This document shows positions 62,762 through 64,000 of a DNA stretch of 64,000 nucleotides, in pieces; the first letter of the stretch is position 1, and every line of letters starts with the position of its first letter. Under the pieces are notes generated by a model, which was given only the letters and a program-made list of their open reading frames with translations, was not told where the DNA came from and made no database searches. The position numbers were made by a program, and so were the translations under genes. Origin of the DNA: an uncultured Pseudomonadota bacterium (GTDB taxonomy: Bacteria; Pseudomonadota; Alphaproteobacteria; JACZXZ01). The DNA lies in NCBI GenBank assembly GCA_963749075.1, contig CAVVLJ010000016.1, positions 928,001 through 992,000 of the forward strand, read 5' to 3'.

Positions 62762-64000
62762 ATGCCGAAGCTCAAGATCGACGGGCGGGAGATCGAGGTG
62801 GCGCCGGGCACCACGGTGCTGCAGGCCTGCGACGAGGCGGGCATCGAGGTCCCGCGCTTCTGCTACCACGAGCGCCTGTCGATCGCCGGCAATTGCCGCA
62901 TGTGCCTCGTCGAGATGGAGAAGTCGCCGAAGCCGATCGCGAGCTGCGCCATGCCGTGCGCCGAAGGCATGGTGATCAAGACCGACACGCCCATGGTGAA
63001 GAAGGCGCGCCAGGGCGTCATGGAGTTCCTCCTCATCAACCATCCGCTCGACTGCCCGATCTGCGACCAGGGCGGCGAGTGCGACCTGCAGGACCAGGCC
63101 ATGGCCTATGGCCGCGACGGCAGCCGCTTCAGCGAGAACAAGCGCGCCGTCAAGGACAAGTACATGGGGCCGCTCGTCGCCACAATCATGACGCGCTGCA
63201 TCCACTGCACGCGCTGCATCCGCTTCGCGACCGAGGTGGCGGGCGTGCCCGAGCTCGGCGCCGTTGGCCGCGGCGAGCACATGGAGATCACGAGCTATCT
63301 CGACCGCGCCATCCATTCCGAGCTCTCGGGCAACATCATCGACCTCTGCCCGGTGGGCGCGCTCACCTCCAAACCCTATGCCTTCATGGCGCGCCCCTGG
63401 GAGCTCAGCAAGACCGAATTGATCGACGTCTTCGATGCGGTCGGCAGCAACATCCGCGTCGATGCGCGCGGCAGCGAGGTGATGCGCGTGCTGCCGCGGC
63501 TCAACGACGACATCAACGAGGAGTGGCTCGCCGACAAGAGCCGCTTCGCGGTCGACGGCCTGCGCCGCCAGCGCCTCGACCGCGCTTACGTGCGCGTGGA
63601 CGGCAAGCTCGCCGAGGCGAGCTGGGAGGAGGCCCTCGCCGCGATCGCGGCGCGCCTCAAGGGTGTTAGCGGCGCGCGCATCGCAGCACTTGCCGGCGAC
63701 ATGGCGGACGCCGAGGCCATGGCGGCGCTCAAGGATCTGATGACTGCACTCGGCTCGCCCCACCTCGACTGCCGGCAGGACGGTGCGGCGATCGACCCGG
63801 GATGCCGCTCGGGCTATCTCTTCAACACGACGATCGCCGGCATCGAGCGGGCAGATGCCATCCTCCTCATCGGCAGCGATCCGCGCCGCGAGGCGCCGAT
63901 CATCAACGCCCGCATCCGCAAGCGCTATCTCGCCGGCGGCGTGCGCATCGCGGCCGTGGGTCCCGCAGCCGATCTCACCTATGCCTACGAGCATCTCGGT
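62762..64000 (+). CDS. nuoG: NADH-quinone oxidoreductase subunit G (runs off the window)
   Basis: Manual translation MPKLKIDG...[18 protein letters not shown]...[15 protein letters not shown]...RCIHCTRC; not in the ORF track because there is no stop in the window. Confidence 0.96.
   Translation, partial: MPKLKIDGREIEVAPGTTVLQACDEAGIEVPRFCYHERLSIAGNCRMCLVEMEKSPKPIASCAMPCAEGMVIKTDTPMVKKARQGVMEFLLINHPLDCPICDQGGECDLQDQAMAYGRDGSRFSENKRAVKDKYMGPLVATIMTRCIHCTRCIRFATEVAGVPELGAVGRGEHMEITSYLDRAIHSELSGNIIDLCPVGALTSKPYAFMARPWELSKTELIDVFDAVGSNIRVDARGSEVMRVLPRLNDDINEEWLADKSRFAVDGLRRQRLDRAYVRVDGKLAEASWEEALAAIAARLKGVSGARIAALAGDMADAEAMAALKDLMTALGSPHLDCRQDGAAIDPGCRSGYLFNTTIAGIERADAILLIGSDPRREAPIINARIRKRYLAGGVRIAAVGPAADLTYAYEHLG

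Overview
High-GC (about 70% by eye) alphaproteobacterial chromosome segment. It is probably from a Rhodospirillales-like lineage; this is an inference from gene order and a tRNA-His that keeps G-1/C73. The right half is largely conserved core: glnA-glnB, tRNA-His, nnr, tRNA-Leu-tig-clpP-clpX-lon-hupB-tRNA-Val-tRNA-Asp-nuoABCDEFG. The left half is accessory metabolism: catabolic and ABC-transport clusters, parE, katA and hemerythrin. The most notable element is a low-GC island of about 6 kb (17573-23548) with no integrase. It is bracketed by a 568-bp imperfect direct repeat of the 3' end of an ABC exporter gene. It encodes a compact, co-oriented five-gene unit: an unknown protein with a possible ADP-ribosyltransferase-like toxin motif, a translationally coupled helical protein, an 892-aa KaiC/RAD55-like double ATPase with a long unknown N-terminal region, a C5 cytosine DNA methyltransferase and a Vsr endonuclease. 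No restriction endonuclease is recognisable, so this is a candidate undescribed methylation-linked defence/conflict system. Other observations: four single-base frameshifts confined to accessory genes (possibly sequencing errors), a 5x15-bp tandem repeat supplying five in-frame ATGs, two perfect FNR/FixK boxes between katA and hemerythrin, and a 4-kb block with foreign Leu codon usage. All family calls come from motif recognition by eye; no searches were run.
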